Shown here: positions 60,989 through 64,000 of the stretch, piece after piece
Layout: the number at the start of each line of letters is the position of its first letter
How positions within the stretch are numbered: position 1 is the first letter of the stretch
DNA from: Klebsormidium nitens
Lineage: Eukaryota; Plantae; Klebsormidiophyceae
DNA: 64,000 bases
Direction: 5' to 3'
Assembly: GCA_000708835.1 (NCBI GenBank)
Contig: DF237193.1
Location: 1-64,000 of the forward strand
Translations under genes and position numbers: made by a program
Notes under the pieces: model-generated
The model's database searches: none
Told to the model about the DNA's origin: nothing
Seen by the model: the letters and a program-made list of their open reading frames with translations, nothing else

Positions 60989-63558
60989 ATGGTAGAATTC
61001 TACTTTGACGAGCATTTGTTTGAGCAGTATGGAATCGAGCTGGCCAAGCAGTGCCATGGGTGCAGTCTGCAGCACACGCCGGCAAAGACGGGCTTGATGC
61101 AACACCTCCTCGAGAATGACAAGCAGTTCCCCCGGGAGCTTGTTCGAACAGGTCAGTCCTTGCACCAGTTGGTTGGTTTTTCACAATCACGTGCCCAGCT
61201 TTACTCGGGCAGATGTATAAGCAGTGAGTTCTTGGACCAGCCCTCGATACGAAAAATCTTTGCTTCACAAGAAGTGTAATATGCCTCAATAGCTTCATCA
61301 TTTTCATACTTAGAATGCAGCAGTCCTGCCACGTTGTCGCCAAGTTCAAGGGACAATCCTGGCCGTGCTAGTTTTCTGACCTGCTGCAGTTATTGATCTT
61401 TTCCAACCTGCTCAATCCAGTAACCTGCAAATGGAGCAATTTGTATCAGCCTGCGCCGAACCCTAGAGTCTTCGGACACTTTGTCCTTGAGTTGCAGATT
61501 GCAGATATTGTCTCCTTTCCTGGCGTGTTGTCTAGAGCTGCGGCTGAATTTGCTCCATTTTTACAGATTCAAAGACACACGGCCCTTCGATTTGTGTGGA
61601 TCACAAGCATGTCAGCCATACTCTGGCTGCCAAAATTGAGTCCGTCACAGATTCATTGTTTCGTCTGGGTTCCAGTCTGCTTCATATTCGTCTTCACTTT
61701 ATGACCTGGGGGAAAGAGAATAACATCTCTGTGAAACAGCTCTGTCAGATTGAGCGCATTGAAGAGGATGCTTTGCAGTTGGACCTCTTTCACAGGACCC
61801 GTACAATTTGCAACTTTGCAATGCAGCTTTGCAGCTTTGTCCAGACATGGTGTCAGCTCGTCTGATCGAAGTATTGGCACAATTTTGGGGGCAAATGACT
61901 TCCCTCAAGCACTTGAGCGCCTGGGTTGTTCTCTCAAGATTCTGTAGTTGTTTAGAGATTGTAAATTGGCCTTGAACATCAACTCTTGAAAGAAAACATT
62001 CATAGGATTGTTGGTAAAGTGTCTAACTGGCCCCTCCAAGCATGGATAGCCGGGGGGAGTTGTGCTTCGCTCTGTGCTTCTTTTCCGAGCCAGCATTTCT
62101 TGACAATTACTGCATTCTTACCTACCAGATTGTTGCTCAGATTGTGCTTCTCTGCCGGCCTAGTTCAAGCTTGTATAGCTTTGCTGATCTGAAATACGCC
62201 AAGTTGTGATGAGACATGCTGAAACAAGGATGAGCTTCATGATAGGCACCACGAAGTGATTGAGTGTAGTTGAGAGACCATCTTCTCTGCTCTGCCATTC
62301 CCTTGCCAAAGTGTCTGACATATCGCTCAGCAGACGTGGTTCATAAAGATACTCCTTTGAGCAGCTCTCGGCAGTACCTGAATACTTCACCACATTCCCT
62401 TTCCCTGCCATCTTTTGCTATCATGCACTCTACTTTCATTGCTTCTGAGAAGCTCTTACGATTGCTAGACCTATACCAGCAACCAGGCAGTACAACAGGT
62501 GGACGAATCACCAGGAAACGCAGAGTCAGCTTTCATCAATTCAATGATTTGACTTGTTCCCTTCCTTTCTGCCAGGTGGGGTGGTCATCTGCCAGCAGCC
62601 GCAGTGCATGGACCGTGCTGGCAAGAAGTCGGGGCGCAACCTGCAGAAGACGACGCGGCGGTGGTACTGCGGGACGTGCTGCATGAAGCGGGCGACCTGG
62701 GCGCAGCTCTTCCAGTGGGACCCCCAGGTGCAGGGCTGGAAACAGCTGCTCAAGGCCTGCTGGCATTGCCAGGTGAGGGCGATATTGACTCCTGGACAAT
62801 GTTGGTATGTTCACTCGTTTCCAGACTACACATTAGCTACTCCTACTTCATCTTTCCTGGTCAAATAGTATCTTTTCTCCCATCGGGCCACTTCTCTTTC
62901 AAGGGAGCGACTGCGGTGGTGAGGGTCACCCTGACCCCATATCCTGGTCGTGAGGCTGTCTGGCTTAAGATTCTCTGGAAAGACAGCCCAGGTGAGCATG
63001 CGGCACGGAGTGGGTGGAAGGCTTAGGCAAACGAGCAGGCTACGTTTGCGGTTAGGAGAACTTGACTTGCTAAGTTCTTCGATACGGGGAGACGACCTGC
63101 GTATGCTAGCCGTGCTTCATAGAAGATCTGGAGCCAGCATAGCCCGCGCTGCCGGCTTATTTTCTGCTAAGTCTTTCCATAGCCAGTCCCTTAGCATGGT
63201 CAGTAAAGTCCTCCATTGTGCACTCAAGTAGCTCTACAAATTTGCCTTTCTGGGCTTTCCATCTAGCACAATAACTACCAGTTACTAAAGCTGGCTCACT
63301 GTGCGATCCCCTCACAAGGGCTCCGCCAAAACAGCGTGTTCGGTGTTTATGACAACACACTGGCGCAACATTGTTATGCTCAATGTTGCTTCTTGGGGAT
63401 GCTTGTAACGAGCCTGATCGAAGGGCGCTTTTTGGAGCAGGACCCGGTCGGGTGCGAGAAGTGCGAGAAGCTGCGCACGCGGATGAAGGAGATGCGGAAG
63501 AAGGTCAAGGAGGAGAAGGAGCTCCTGCGGGGGACGATGCCGGGAGGCATGGACCACG
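60989..63558 (+). CDS. Cys-rich zinc-finger protein, zf-4CXXC_R1 (CDCA7/R1)-like and divergent; exons 60989-61151, 62576-62772, 63441-63558; probably continues beyond the window
   Basis: Phase-consistent GT-AG joins give CHGC...CQQPQC...YCGTCCMKR...WDP...CWHCQDPVGCEKC followed by a Lys/Glu-rich helix. No stop codon is reached in the model. Confidence 0.65.
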
Positions 63559-64000
63559 GTAGGCGGTCAATGCTCTACCTTATTGTTCACAACTGACAGC
63601 TTATGCGTGTCCGCAAGGCATGGCTTGGAGATGATGGCTGCCATTGCATGTGGCTGTGTCAGAGTGAGGTCATGGTGTGGCCCTGGCCTGCCGAGCACTC
63701 TGTGTGAGGTAACCGCCAAGGCAACAGTTAGCACAGGCGGTACAATCAAGTAGCTTGGTTGCTTGCTCTGAATTGAAATCGCAGCTCCGAAGCCCATAAA
63801 TTTTTATCCTTTTGGACTGATGTGATCTTCTTAGTGGATATACGGGATGGATTATGTACTTCAGTGGAAAGGCCTGGAGGCGGACTTGGAACGAGTCTCT
63901 TTTTGGTTTTGATAACTGGTCACGACTGTCAGCTTTGGCGAAAAGAAATGTGGAAACTGCCACCTTCTTATCAAGAGATGCTTACCTGCTTCACCACTGT

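Noticed and set aside
61152-62575. Protein-looking minus-strand ORF fragments inside the zinc-finger gene intron
   Set aside because: No recognisable domain or consistent exon chain; ORFs of this length occur in all the long introns here.

Overview
Eukaryotic, intron-rich genomic DNA with GC-rich exons, GT-AG introns and one assembly gap (N at 5997-6608). Gene content and style suggest a streptophyte green alga, plausibly Klebsormidium; this is an inference. Gene models were built by hand from splice sites with phase checks. They are: a plastid ABC1 atypical kinase (ABC1K9-like, minus, 6 exons); a possible orphan gene; peroxisomal serine/alanine:glyoxylate aminotransferase (AGT1/SGAT, minus, 7 exons, ends in SRL); a PH-domain/coiled-coil gene; a complete ~5,540-aa BIG/UBR4 orthologue (23 exons, one GC-AG intron); a PhoD-family phosphatase without a signal peptide (minus, 6 exons); an atypical RING gene; and the 5' part of a Cys-rich gene resembling a divergent zf-4CXXC_R1 (CDCA7-like) finger. 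The most unusual structure is intron 4 of the PhoD-like gene, which is built almost entirely from degenerate tandem copies of its own flanking splice junctions; a smaller case of the same thing occurs in the PH gene. Also present are a CACTA-like inverted-repeat element spanning the gap, a MITE-like element and a degenerate hammerhead-ribozyme-like core. No rRNA, tRNA or CRISPR array was seen.
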